From an uncultured Verrucomicrobia subdivision 3 bacterium (GTDB lineage: Bacteria > Verrucomicrobiota > Verrucomicrobiia > Limisphaerales > UBA11358), in contig CAIOIC010000028.1 of NCBI GenBank assembly GCA_903858275.1, positions 93,173 through 157,172 on the forward strand: 64,000 nucleotides of DNA, given 5' to 3'. The position numbers were made by a program, and so were the translations under genes. Positions 9,301 to 15,349 of the stretch are shown one piece after another. The notes under the pieces were generated by a model, which was not told the DNA's origin, made no database searches, and saw only the letters and a program-made list of their open reading frames with translations. Numbering within the stretch: position 1 is the stretch's first letter; each line of letters starts with the position of its first letter.

Positions 9301-9914
9301 CCGGAGGCGGTGGCGGTGAAGGTCGCGGTTTTTCCCGCGACGACATTGGTGGCGCTGGGGGCCTTGGTGATGGCCGGAGCCGTGGGCGTGGTGGTGCCGG
9401 TGATGGTGAGGGTGATGGTCTGCGAGAGCGTGGCGTTGCCGGGGCTGACCACGGTGACGGTGGTGGCATAGGTGCCGGCGGCGGTCGGCGTGCCGGTGAG
9501 AGTGCCGCCGATGGTTGTGGCATTGTTTACCCAGGAGGCGGTGAAGGTCAGTCCGGGTGGCAAAGTCGCAGTTGTGCTCTGGCCGTTCATCAGCAGAGTG
9601 GAGGTCACCGTGCCGGCGGACAGGAAAAAGTAATCATTCGCCGCCGCCTTGCTGCCGCCGCCGATGGAGACCGTGACGTTCTGGCTGAACGCCGTGCCCA
9701 CCGTGCCGCTGAACGTGCTGGGCGTGGTGTAGGTTGAGGTTGCGGCGGAAACCGCATCCACCGAGCCCAGCACCGCGCCGGTGCCGATGCCCCAGCGCAG
9801 GATGAAAGCGAAGGTGTTGCCGGTGGCCGGGTTGACGAGCATGGTCCGCACCAGCGGCAGCACCTGCAACAGGGCCGCTAGTATCACTGCCGGTTTTTGG
9901 AGGCGGATATGCAT
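3312..9914 (-). CDS. Giant secreted/surface protein with 21 tandem Ig-like (I-set type) domains (2200 aa)
   Basis: 6.6-kb ORF. Bipartite hydrophobic leader, then a He_PIG-like head (GTPTAAGTYATTVTV). I counted 21 modules of about 88-92 aa, each with a [YF][QFR]W strand motif and an NYSV-type motif. The C-terminal domain of about 85 aa ends FYRLQVAP. Confidence 0.9.
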   Translation of the reverse strand: MHIRLQKPAVILAALLQVLPLVRTMLVNPATGNTFAFILRWGIGTGAVLGSVDAVSAATSTYTTPSTFSGTVGTAFSQNVTVSIGGGSKAAANDYFFLSAGTVTSTLLMNGQSTTATLPPGLTFTASWVNNATTIGGTLTGTPTAAGTYATTVTVVSPGNATLSQTITLTITGTTTPTAPAITKAPSATNVVAGKTATFTATASGTAPLGYFWLKNNSPLANGGNIAGATTATLTLTTVAAADAANYSVLVSNSVGTATSTAAALTVILPPTITAQPAAQAVASGVSASFSVTATGSAPLAYQWLKNGAAIANGAKYSGVTTSGLTVTAAAAADTGNYSVVITNAAGSVTSAVAPLTIVATPTITTPPANLSVVAGASASFTVTAAGSAPLFYFWLKNNSPLANGGNVSGVSTANLILSTVTTNDAASYSVIVSNSLGTITSTAAALTVSVPPAIVTSPADATRIAGSNVTFTVTASGTAPLVYQWKKNGSAIANGGNVSGANTATLTLANLAAADAASYSATVTNAVGSATSAAAALTVLVPPAITAAPTNATVVQGNPVSFSATAAGTAPLSFQWLKNGAAIPGAVSNVLTLSAVSTNDAANYSVVVTNIAGSAASSSAALTVLVPPTISTQPAAQAVAGGVSASFSVTATGSAPLAYQWLKNGAAIANGVKYSGVTTSALTVTAVAAADTGNYSVIITNAAGSVTSAVAPLTIVATPTITAPPANLSVVAGANASFTVSAAGSAPLFYFWLKNNSPLTDGGNVSGAGTTNLILSAVTTNETASYSVIVSNSLGTITSPAASLTVSVPPAIITSPADATLIAGSNVSFTVTASGTAPLVYQWKKNGAAIANGGNVSGANTASLTLANLAAADAASYSATVTNAVGSATSAAAALTVLVPPAITTAPASTSVVQGNPVSFSATAAGTAPLSFQWLKNGAAIAGAVSNLFTLSAVSTNDAGNYSVVVTNIAGSAASSSAALTVLVPPTIDTPPADVTALAGSNVSFTVTASGTAPLTYQWKKNSANLAGATAATLSLNNISAADAASYSVVVSNAAGTATSSAAVLTVLLPPAIVTQPANQFGALGSTINLAVVASGTGLLSYQWFQHGIVLADGGNISGSATTNLTITALTTNEVDTYSVVVSNAYGIVTSANANVSINASPIIIMPPASQNVAVSNTATFTVTAAGTGPLAYRWLKNGTPLTNGTLVYGGPTTSIPPSVPPPPWGMPKPPVPPVRPGGGLIIGATVSGTTLPTLALANVSTNDNGNYSVIITNIYGSITSSVAKLAVFTPPAITGHPTNRAVIIGTNVTFAVTATGSGPLNFQWLKNGSPLAEGGNISGSTTNVLKLSGLTAAEAGNYSVTVGNAVGSATSRNATLTMLVPPAITTQPVSQSVTLSNAVTFSISATGTETLRYQWRKAGVAIAGATNATFSLAVAKTTDAANYSVVVTNLAGSVTSSNVTLTVNVKPAFTAQATNRWAKSGTNTVFRATISGTAPFSYQWFKDRVALADGGNISGSLSNVLTVANLITNDNGAYYLTASNVAGSATSTNAVLTVVVPPAIITQPANQSVTLSNAATFTVAATGTEQLRYQWRKAGVAIVGATNAAFSVAIAKTTDAAAYSVVVTNLAGSVTSSNATLTVNIKPAFTAQAANRWAKSGTNTVFRATISGTAPFSYQWFKDGVALTDGGNISGSLSNVLTVANLITNDSGAYYLTANNVAGSATSTNAVLAVIVPPAIIAQPTNQSVTLSNAVTFTATTSGTEKLFYQWRKAGVAIANATNAAFSLAIAKTTDAAAYSVVVTNLAGSVTSSNATLTVNIKPAFTVQAASRWAKSGTNTVFRAIVSGTAPFSYQWFKDGVALTDGGNISGSFSNVLTVANLTTNDNGAYGLTASNVAGSATSTNASLAVIVPPAIITQPANQGILASNAVTFSVAATGTETLRYQWRKAGVAIANATNFTYTIASAKMTDAAAYSVVVTNLAGSVTSANATLTVWLPPVFTLQAGSRTATNGTTTVFRAAVSGTAPFTYQWLKDGVALTNGGNISGSFSNVLTITNVRTSNAGSYALTVKNPGATVTSSNAVLKVVAKRSSDDDEHNGNTVKANSLPSAGVSAKAIVSAPPVLQISASTSSGVSSKISSPQSASFVLTCTGTPGANYILQATDDLAIWFNVSTNTADASGHCQMSDNTKSNGRFYRLQVAP
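3657..5768 (-). repeat. Four tandem 528-bp units (two Ig domains each) inside the giant gene
   Basis: Each unit begins PPAI(I/T)(T/A)QP and contains LRYQWRKAGVAI plus FSYQWFKDGVAL domains. Unit boundaries read at 5768 and 3657 give exactly 4 x 528 nt. Antisense ORFs ending at 4820 and 5348 are offset by 528. Confidence 0.85.
6960..9107 (-). repeat. Tandem duplication of a 1074-bp four-Ig-domain block (2 copies: 6960-8033 and 8034-9107)
   Basis: The PPTI(T/S)(A/T)QPAAQAVA block starts read at 9107 and 8033, and the next PPTIDTPP starts at 6959. Near-identical shadow ORFs are offset by exactly 1074 (7039-7386 vs 8113-8460, 7567-7932 vs 8641-9006). Confidence 0.9.
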
Positions 9915-9926
9915 AAGGTTATCGGG

Positions 9927-11213
9927 TTAGGGCACGACCATCAGGCGGTAAAACAGGCTGGGCGCGCTCGGGTTGTTCGAAATGGTGATCGGTGTGGGCG
10001 TGGCGGTGGGCGGATAGTTCGTGAACACGCCCCAGTTGGTGCTGGCAAGGACACCGTTCGTCAGCACCGTGTTGGTGAGGCCGGCGATGGGCGTGAAAGT
10101 GAACTGAAATTGTGTGCCGCCCTGAATCGAACCGCCCACCATCGGCGGCAACGGATTCGTCACCACCAGGTTGGCGATGGCGCTGGTCACGCTGCCCGCG
10201 CTGTTGGTGAGGATGACGGTGTAGGCCCCGGCCTGGCAGGCGCGGAGGTTGGTGAAGGAGAGCGAGGCATTCGTTCCGCCGACAATGCTGGTGGTGATCA
10301 GGTTGGTGGTGATCCGCCATTGGTAGGCGAGGGCGGGGAAACCTCCGGCGGTGATGGCGAGGCTGCCGGAACCGCCGGCCACGTTGGTGAAACTGACGGG
10401 GGAATTGGTGATGACCGGCGGCTGCCAGACCGTGAGCGTGGCAAAGGAGCTGGTGACCGAGCCGGAGGAATTGGTGATGATGACCCGGTAATTACCGGTG
10501 TTCGTCAGCTGAATATTCGTCAGCGTGAGCGAGGTGTTCGTGGCGTTGAGCAGCGCGGTGTTGGTGTTGAAATACCACTGATAATGCAAGGGTGCAGTGC
10601 CGGCGGTGACGGTGAACGTGGCGTTGCTGCTGACGTTGTTGGTCAGGCTGACGGGTTGGTTGGTGATGACGGGGGGAGAACCGGCTGGTAAAATTGTTAT
10701 CCAAAAATTTGTTTCTACCACTAATGATAAATAAGTAATTATGACGTGAACATAGAGGTTGGTAACGGGTGTTGTTGGGGTTCCATAAATTGCTCCATAG
10801 ATTGGCTTGGGGGTACCGCCGATATTTAAGTCGTAAAATTTGAAGACTAAACCGGCAGGCATACAGCTTGTGGTTGAATTTCCGTTTAGTAACGCAGTAG
10901 AAACAACGCCCGACTTATTGGTGAGAACACAAAAAGCTCCAGAATTTCCACCGTTGTTTGTGATCGCCACGTTGTTAGTGAAGTAGATTCCAGCAGTTCC
11001 TGTAAAATTTGTTGAATTTGTAAAAATAACAGGCGCTGACGCTCCTGACACTGCATCCACTGCGCCCAGCGCGGCACCAGTGCCAATGCCCCAGCGGAGG
11101 ATAAACGCAAAGGTGTTGCCGGTGGCGGGGTTGATAAACAGGTTCCGCACCAGCGGCATGAGCTGCAAGGCTGCCGCCAGAAAAACCGGAAGTGTTTGGG
11201 TGAGTCTTTTCAT
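9927..11213 (-). CDS. Secreted Ig-like domain protein, short paralogue of the giant protein (428 aa)
   Basis: Same leader (LPLVRN..NPATGNTFAFILRWGIGTGAALGAVDAVSGA), a He_PIG-like head, two Ig-like modules (LHYQWYF, LAYQWRI) and a C-terminal domain ending FYRLMVVP. It stops 12 nt before the giant gene start. Confidence 0.85.
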   Translation of the reverse strand: MKRLTQTLPVFLAAALQLMPLVRNLFINPATGNTFAFILRWGIGTGAALGAVDAVSGASAPVIFTNSTNFTGTAGIYFTNNVAITNNGGNSGAFCVLTNKSGVVSTALLNGNSTTSCMPAGLVFKFYDLNIGGTPKPIYGAIYGTPTTPVTNLYVHVIITYLSLVVETNFWITILPAGSPPVITNQPVSLTNNVSSNATFTVTAGTAPLHYQWYFNTNTALLNATNTSLTLTNIQLTNTGNYRVIITNSSGSVTSSFATLTVWQPPVITNSPVSFTNVAGGSGSLAITAGGFPALAYQWRITTNLITTSIVGGTNASLSFTNLRACQAGAYTVILTNSAGSVTSAIANLVVTNPLPPMVGGSIQGGTQFQFTFTPIAGLTNTVLTNGVLASTNWGVFTNYPPTATPTPITISNNPSAPSLFYRLMVVP

Positions 11214-11324
11214 GGTCTATCAGTGCTTATTGTCTTCTGAATTACTTTTTGTTTTGGGGCTGGGGACAAAGAATCCCCGTTGGGATTCAAGCCCGCTCAC
11301 CCCGGCTTTTCAGGTCTGGATATT

Positions 11325-11543
11325 TTAGTTGCAACCGCAGCCGCCGCCGCCCACGCCGCGCCCGCCGCTGGCGGCCTCGCGGGAGAACCACATGTGCTCG
11401 ATCTGCGCCTGGCCCAGCGGATCGCGGTCAGCCCGCATGGTGTAGTCGGCCAGCGTTCCGCGCTGCCACGGTTTGACATTAGCACATCCACTCCCGATGA
11501 TAAGCAGGGGCAGTGCCAAGATGAGGAAAGCTTTGTATTTCAT
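11325..11543 (-). CDS. DUF4266-like lipoprotein (72 aa)
   Basis: Lipobox LIIGSGC, a VKPWQRGTLA core and a Gly-rich C-terminus ending GGGGCGCN, as I recall for DUF4266 family members. Confidence 0.75.
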   Translation of the reverse strand: MKYKAFLILALPLLIIGSGCANVKPWQRGTLADYTMRADRDPLGQAQIEHMWFSREAASGGRGVGGGGCGCN

Positions 11544-11548
11544 AGGTA

Positions 11549-12043
11549 TTATTTCAAAAGGGATTCAATTTCGCTGATGTATTCCTTGCGAGTGTCCTCA
11601 CCATGGAAACCATTGTGTAAAAATCGCACTTTGCCGGTGGCATCGAGGATGAAGGAGGTGGGCATGGTGGCCGGTTCCACGGCAGCCACGAGCTTCTGCT
11701 CGGCATCGCGCACGACGGTGAAGGAGACCGGATGTTTCGCCATGAAGGCGTCCATCTTGGACTTCTTGTCGTCCACATTCACGGCGAGCACGACCACGCG
11801 GTCGGCGTATTTCTTCTGGAGCTCGTCCAGCACCGGGAAGGACTTGGCGCAGGGCGTGCACCAGGAGGCCCAGAAATCCACGACGATGATTTTGCCTTTC
11901 AGCGCGTCGGGCAATTTGCCTTCCAGCTTGAAGCTGGCGAGGTCGGGCAGCGTGTCGCCGACCTTGAGGGCGGCGGACGCGGTGAAGAAGGTTCCGGCGA
12001 GCAGGGTCGCCACGGCGAATTTTTTAAGCAGGGATGTATTCAT
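11549..12043 (-). CDS. TlpA-family periplasmic thiol:disulfide oxidoreductase (164 aa)
   Basis: The start is taken at the internal ATG (12041-12043), giving MNTSLLKKFAVATLLAGTFFTASA as signal peptide. Active site FWASWCTPC. The longer track ORF (to 12763) is a shadow over apbE. Confidence 0.85.
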   Translation of the reverse strand: MNTSLLKKFAVATLLAGTFFTASAALKVGDTLPDLASFKLEGKLPDALKGKIIVVDFWASWCTPCAKSFPVLDELQKKYADRVVVLAVNVDDKKSKMDAFMAKHPVSFTVVRDAEQKLVAAVEPATMPTSFILDATGKVRFLHNGFHGEDTRKEYISEIESLLK

Positions 12044-13022
12044 GGAATTTACGGGAATAGAGTTTGGTGGTTTCAGTGGTGACGGCCCCGGCGGCGCCGG
12101 GATGGAGTTCGACGAGTTGCAAGCCCTCTTTCGCGCCGAGGATGCACACGCTGGTAGAAAGTAGACCGGCGATGGTGCAGCTCGGCGCGATGATGGACAC
12201 GGCCCGGCAATCGTTTTGTGCGGGATAGCCGGTGCGCGGGTCGAGGATGTGACCGTAGCGACGGCCGTTGATCTTGAAATTACGAAGATAGTCGCCGGAG
12301 GTGGCCACGGCATGGTCGGTGATGGCCACGCCGCCCCAGCATTTGCCGGGCGCGGTCGCGTCATCCAGGCCAATCCACCAGAATTTTTTCCCCGGCGCAT
12401 GGCCGCGCGCGCGCACGTCCTGGCCGAAATCCACCAGCACATTCGTGATGCCGCGCTGGATGGCCATGTTGATGACGCAATCCACGGCGTATTCCTTGCC
12501 GATGCCGCCAAGGTCGAGCGCCATGCCCGCCTGCGGCAAAAAGATGCCGCCGGCGCGGCGCTGGATCTTGTTCCAGCCCACGAGTTCGCGGGCGGCCTGG
12601 ATGTCGGCGTCCGTCGGGATGACGGGAGGATTGGCCTTCCAGTTCCACAATTTGATGAGCGGCAGCGCCGTCGGGTCAAACGAGCCGCGGGTGAAGAAAA
12701 ACAATTCCTGGCAGAGATTGAACAGCCGGTCGGTTTCGGGATCGGTTTCCACCCAATGTTCACCGGCAGCGGCGTTGATGCGGCCGATCAAACTGTCCGG
12801 AATGAACCGCGAATAGCGTGCTTCAAACTGCGCGACCCACGCCACGGCGTCGCGTTGAAAATCGCGGGCGACCGTGGCCGAAACGCCATGCAGCTTGATC
12901 TGGCATTGCGTGCTCATGGCCCGAAAGTCCAAACGATGCAGGCCGTTCTCGACCGTCGTCTGCGCGGATTGCATGACGCGGGCGATGACTTCGGCAGCTG
13001 TGTTGGAACTGGTCATTACCAT
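12024..13022 (-). CDS. apbE: FAD:protein FMN transferase (ApbE family)
   Basis: 332 aa with ApbE-like blocks (FDPTALPLIKLW, ALDLGGIGKEYAVD, ATSGDY..F..NG..YGHILDPRTG). Overlaps the flanking genes by 7 nt and 20 nt. Confidence 0.85.
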   Translation of the reverse strand: MVMTSSNTAAEVIARVMQSAQTTVENGLHRLDFRAMSTQCQIKLHGVSATVARDFQRDAVAWVAQFEARYSRFIPDSLIGRINAAAGEHWVETDPETDRLFNLCQELFFFTRGSFDPTALPLIKLWNWKANPPVIPTDADIQAARELVGWNKIQRRAGGIFLPQAGMALDLGGIGKEYAVDCVINMAIQRGITNVLVDFGQDVRARGHAPGKKFWWIGLDDATAPGKCWGGVAITDHAVATSGDYLRNFKINGRRYGHILDPRTGYPAQNDCRAVSIIAPSCTIAGLLSTSVCILGAKEGLQLVELHPGAAGAVTTETTKLYSRKFHEYIPA

Positions 13023-14239
13023 AAAATCGAGAGACCGACGGAAAAGACATTGGCCTTGGGATACATATCGGATGTGGTATTGTCCAAGCCCCTCATTTCA
13101 TAGCGATGATAACCAGCAATCACGCGTAGATGGTCGTTGATGATCACCGTGGCTTGCAGGCCGTAATCAATCGTGAACATGTTCGAGAGCCGGTAGTCGG
13201 ACGAATAATAGCCCGCGGGACTTGTCGTGAACGGCCCGGTGAAGGTGGTGGTGTAAAACGAGGCGGCGGATTGTTCGCTGAAGCGGAACATGGGTTCCAC
13301 CATGAGATGCTTGCCGAGCCATTGATGCCAGGTCAGGCCGACGGTATGGCTGAACACATCATAGGAGTCGTGATAAAAACGATAGGATCCCTCCAGGCTC
13401 GCATCGAGTGAATCGAAGTGATGCGTCAGCGAGGTGTAGAGGATTTGTTTGTTGCGATGCGCGGGCCGGCGTTCGGGCACGCCGATGTTGAAACCGGTGG
13501 GGAAAATGTCAGGATGATATTCCGCCAGCCGATAGGGATCGCTCATGTAGCCGGAATCATTGCCGATGGTGAAGGCGACATTGAGAATATCCTTGGGCGA
13601 CAGCAGTTGGGTGATGCCGACGATGCCATCGGTGGTATCTTTTCCGATCCAGGTTTTCTTGTCCGATTGGCGGATAGTGTCAAAGTTGTGCGAGACGCCG
13701 AGTTGTAGTGTGGTGTTCTTGTCGTTGAACTCATAAGCCTCGTTCAGCGAAATGCCGTAGGAGAGGTAATCGTGTTCTTTGCTCCAGGAAAAACCGGGAG
13801 TGAGGGTGTGACTCTTAATTTTCCAATCCAGCGCAATATTAGCTGCACGGCGGAGGTCGGGTTCGATTTTTTGAATGATGGCTTTACCGTCCAGACCGTG
13901 TGTGCCTGTTGGCGTGGCGCCGGAGACGCTATCATAAATCAGTTCGCCCTTGGCGATGATGGAATCAATGAGCTTCTGTTCGAAATAGACGGAGTGCGTC
14001 TCGATTTTCATCCGATTGCCATCCTCGTCGTAATAGCCGTAGCGGTAGTCCACATGGTTTTCCGCGCGGAGGAGCGACGGCAGGGTGAGGGTCATCCCCA
14101 GCGGCAGGAAGCGGCGCCATTGGCGCGCGATGTGCCAGGCCAAATTTGCCGCCGGAGTCGGTTGAGAAGAATGCAGTTTTTTCGTCATATATTTGCGCGG
14201 TTTTCTAAAAATCTGTCGTGAGCATAGCGGCCCGTCCAT
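13016..14239 (-). CDS. DUF3570-like protein, probable outer-membrane beta-barrel
   Basis: 407 aa, or 390 aa if it starts at MTKK (14188). Alternating beta-strand-like composition with many Y/G/D/S residues and a C-terminal aromatic end (GLSILW). Contains DSVSGAT at aa 103-109. Family call is from memory of the DUF3570/DUF4266/ApbE/thioredoxin synteny. Confidence 0.65.
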   Translation of the reverse strand: MDGPLCSRQIFRKPRKYMTKKLHSSQPTPAANLAWHIARQWRRFLPLGMTLTLPSLLRAENHVDYRYGYYDEDGNRMKIETHSVYFEQKLIDSIIAKGELIYDSVSGATPTGTHGLDGKAIIQKIEPDLRRAANIALDWKIKSHTLTPGFSWSKEHDYLSYGISLNEAYEFNDKNTTLQLGVSHNFDTIRQSDKKTWIGKDTTDGIVGITQLLSPKDILNVAFTIGNDSGYMSDPYRLAEYHPDIFPTGFNIGVPERRPAHRNKQILYTSLTHHFDSLDASLEGSYRFYHDSYDVFSHTVGLTWHQWLGKHLMVEPMFRFSEQSAASFYTTTFTGPFTTSPAGYYSSDYRLSNMFTIDYGLQATVIINDHLRVIAGYHRYEMRGLDNTTSDMYPKANVFSVGLSILW

Positions 14240-14296
14240 AAAAGAGACGGGTATGAAAGATTAAAAAATTTTTAAGTTGGCTGGCCGGTCGGCGGG

Positions 14297-15349
14297 TCAA
14301 ATCTGGAAGGATTGCGGCTGTTCCACCAGCGGCAGCCGGAGGCGGGCGATGTGATAATTTTTGCCGAGTCGGCGTTGGAAATGGATCTCCGGCTCGAGGC
14401 GCAGCAGCGCCGCCACCACGCGCAGGCCGAGGCCGAGCGTGGCTTCGGCATTGGCTGATTGGCGCACGCGGTTGGTCACGATCAGCACCGCCTGCTGCCG
14501 GTGCCGCCGGATGCGCACCGTGAAATCGCCTTCACCATGCTTGAGCGAATTGGTGAGCAGGGAATGGGCAATCTGCCGGACGTGGCGCGGATCGGCGGAT
14601 ACCCAGCAGTCCGGAATGGATTGCAGTTTGAACTGGCGCCCCTCTTCGGTGGCGAGCAGTTGAAAATCTTCCACCACTTCCGTGATGGTGGCGCCCAGAT
14701 TGAACACCGAGCGCGCGGCCAGCATCCGGCCCTGTTCGGCCCGGGCGATGAGCAGCGATTGATCAATGACGTGCGTGAGCCGGTGGAGTTCGCTCTCGAG
14801 TTCCTCCGCGAGCTCGGGGGCGATGCGGTCGCCGGCCTGCTCCACTTTCAGCCGGATGATGGCCAGCGGCGTGCGGAGTTCGTGCGCGACCTTGGCCGCG
14901 TAGGCGTTCATCTCGGCAAAGGATGCGTCCAGCCGCGCCAGCAGATCATTCAGTTGCCGGAGCAGGTCGCGAAATTCCAGATCCACTTCCGGCAGCGAAA
15001 TTGGTTCGCCGAGATTGCCGGGATTTTTTGCCTGCAGCTGCCGGTTCACGCTGGCGATGGGCCGCAGCGATTGCCGCGCCAGCCAGAAGCCGCCGGCGAC
15101 CGCCACCACCATCACCGGAATGAGCCACATCAGCGCGGTGTTCAGCACGGCATCAGAAATCTGGTGGACCTCCGCCTCGGTCAGGCTGTTGTGCAGCCGC
15201 CAGTCCGGCATTTCGGGATAAGTCCGGTTGCAGGCCTTCTCCAGCAGCTCGGATTCCAGCACCAGATGCAGGATGTGGGTGAACGCGATGGTCACCGTGG
15301 CGAAGCCGAGCGCGCCCCATAGCGTCAAACGTGTGCGCAGGGATTTCAT
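14297..15349 (-). CDS. Sensor histidine kinase (HAMP-HisKA-HATPase, CusS-like but with a short periplasmic loop)
   Basis: Two TM segments flank a loop of about 35-40 aa. H-box AKVAHELRTPLAII. C-terminal ATPase G-boxes (LGLGLRVV). Confidence 0.85.
   Translation of the reverse strand: MKSLRTRLTLWGALGFATVTIAFTHILHLVLESELLEKACNRTYPEMPDWRLHNSLTEAEVHQISDAVLNTALMWLIPVMVVAVAGGFWLARQSLRPIASVNRQLQAKNPGNLGEPISLPEVDLEFRDLLRQLNDLLARLDASFAEMNAYAAKVAHELRTPLAIIRLKVEQAGDRIAPELAEELESELHRLTHVIDQSLLIARAEQGRMLAARSVFNLGATITEVVEDFQLLATEEGRQFKLQSIPDCWVSADPRHVRQIAHSLLTNSLKHGEGDFTVRIRRHRQQAVLIVTNRVRQSANAEATLGLGLRVVAALLRLEPEIHFQRRLGKNYHIARLRLPLVEQPQSFQI

Noticed and set aside
3324-9737. Dozens of 60-315-aa ORFs on both strands inside the giant gene (for example 5383-6330, 4356-4820, 9075-9737)
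   Set aside because: These are shadow ORFs of a GC-rich repetitive gene. Their translations are Arg/Gly/His-rich low complexity, and they recur at the 528- and 1074-nt repeat offsets. Only the 2200-aa frame gives Ig-domain sequence.
3312-11213. Diversity-generating retroelement or other targeted hypervariation acting on the Ig-repeat genes
   Set aside because: There is no reverse transcriptase, template repeat or adenine-specific mismatch pattern in the window. Differences between repeats look like ordinary divergence.
12044-12763. Upstream 240 codons of the 404-aa ORF 11549-12763
   Set aside because: The Arg/Ala/Ser/Pro-rich translation overlaps the ApbE gene out of frame. The TlpA-like protein begins with a proper signal peptide at the internal ATG at 12043.
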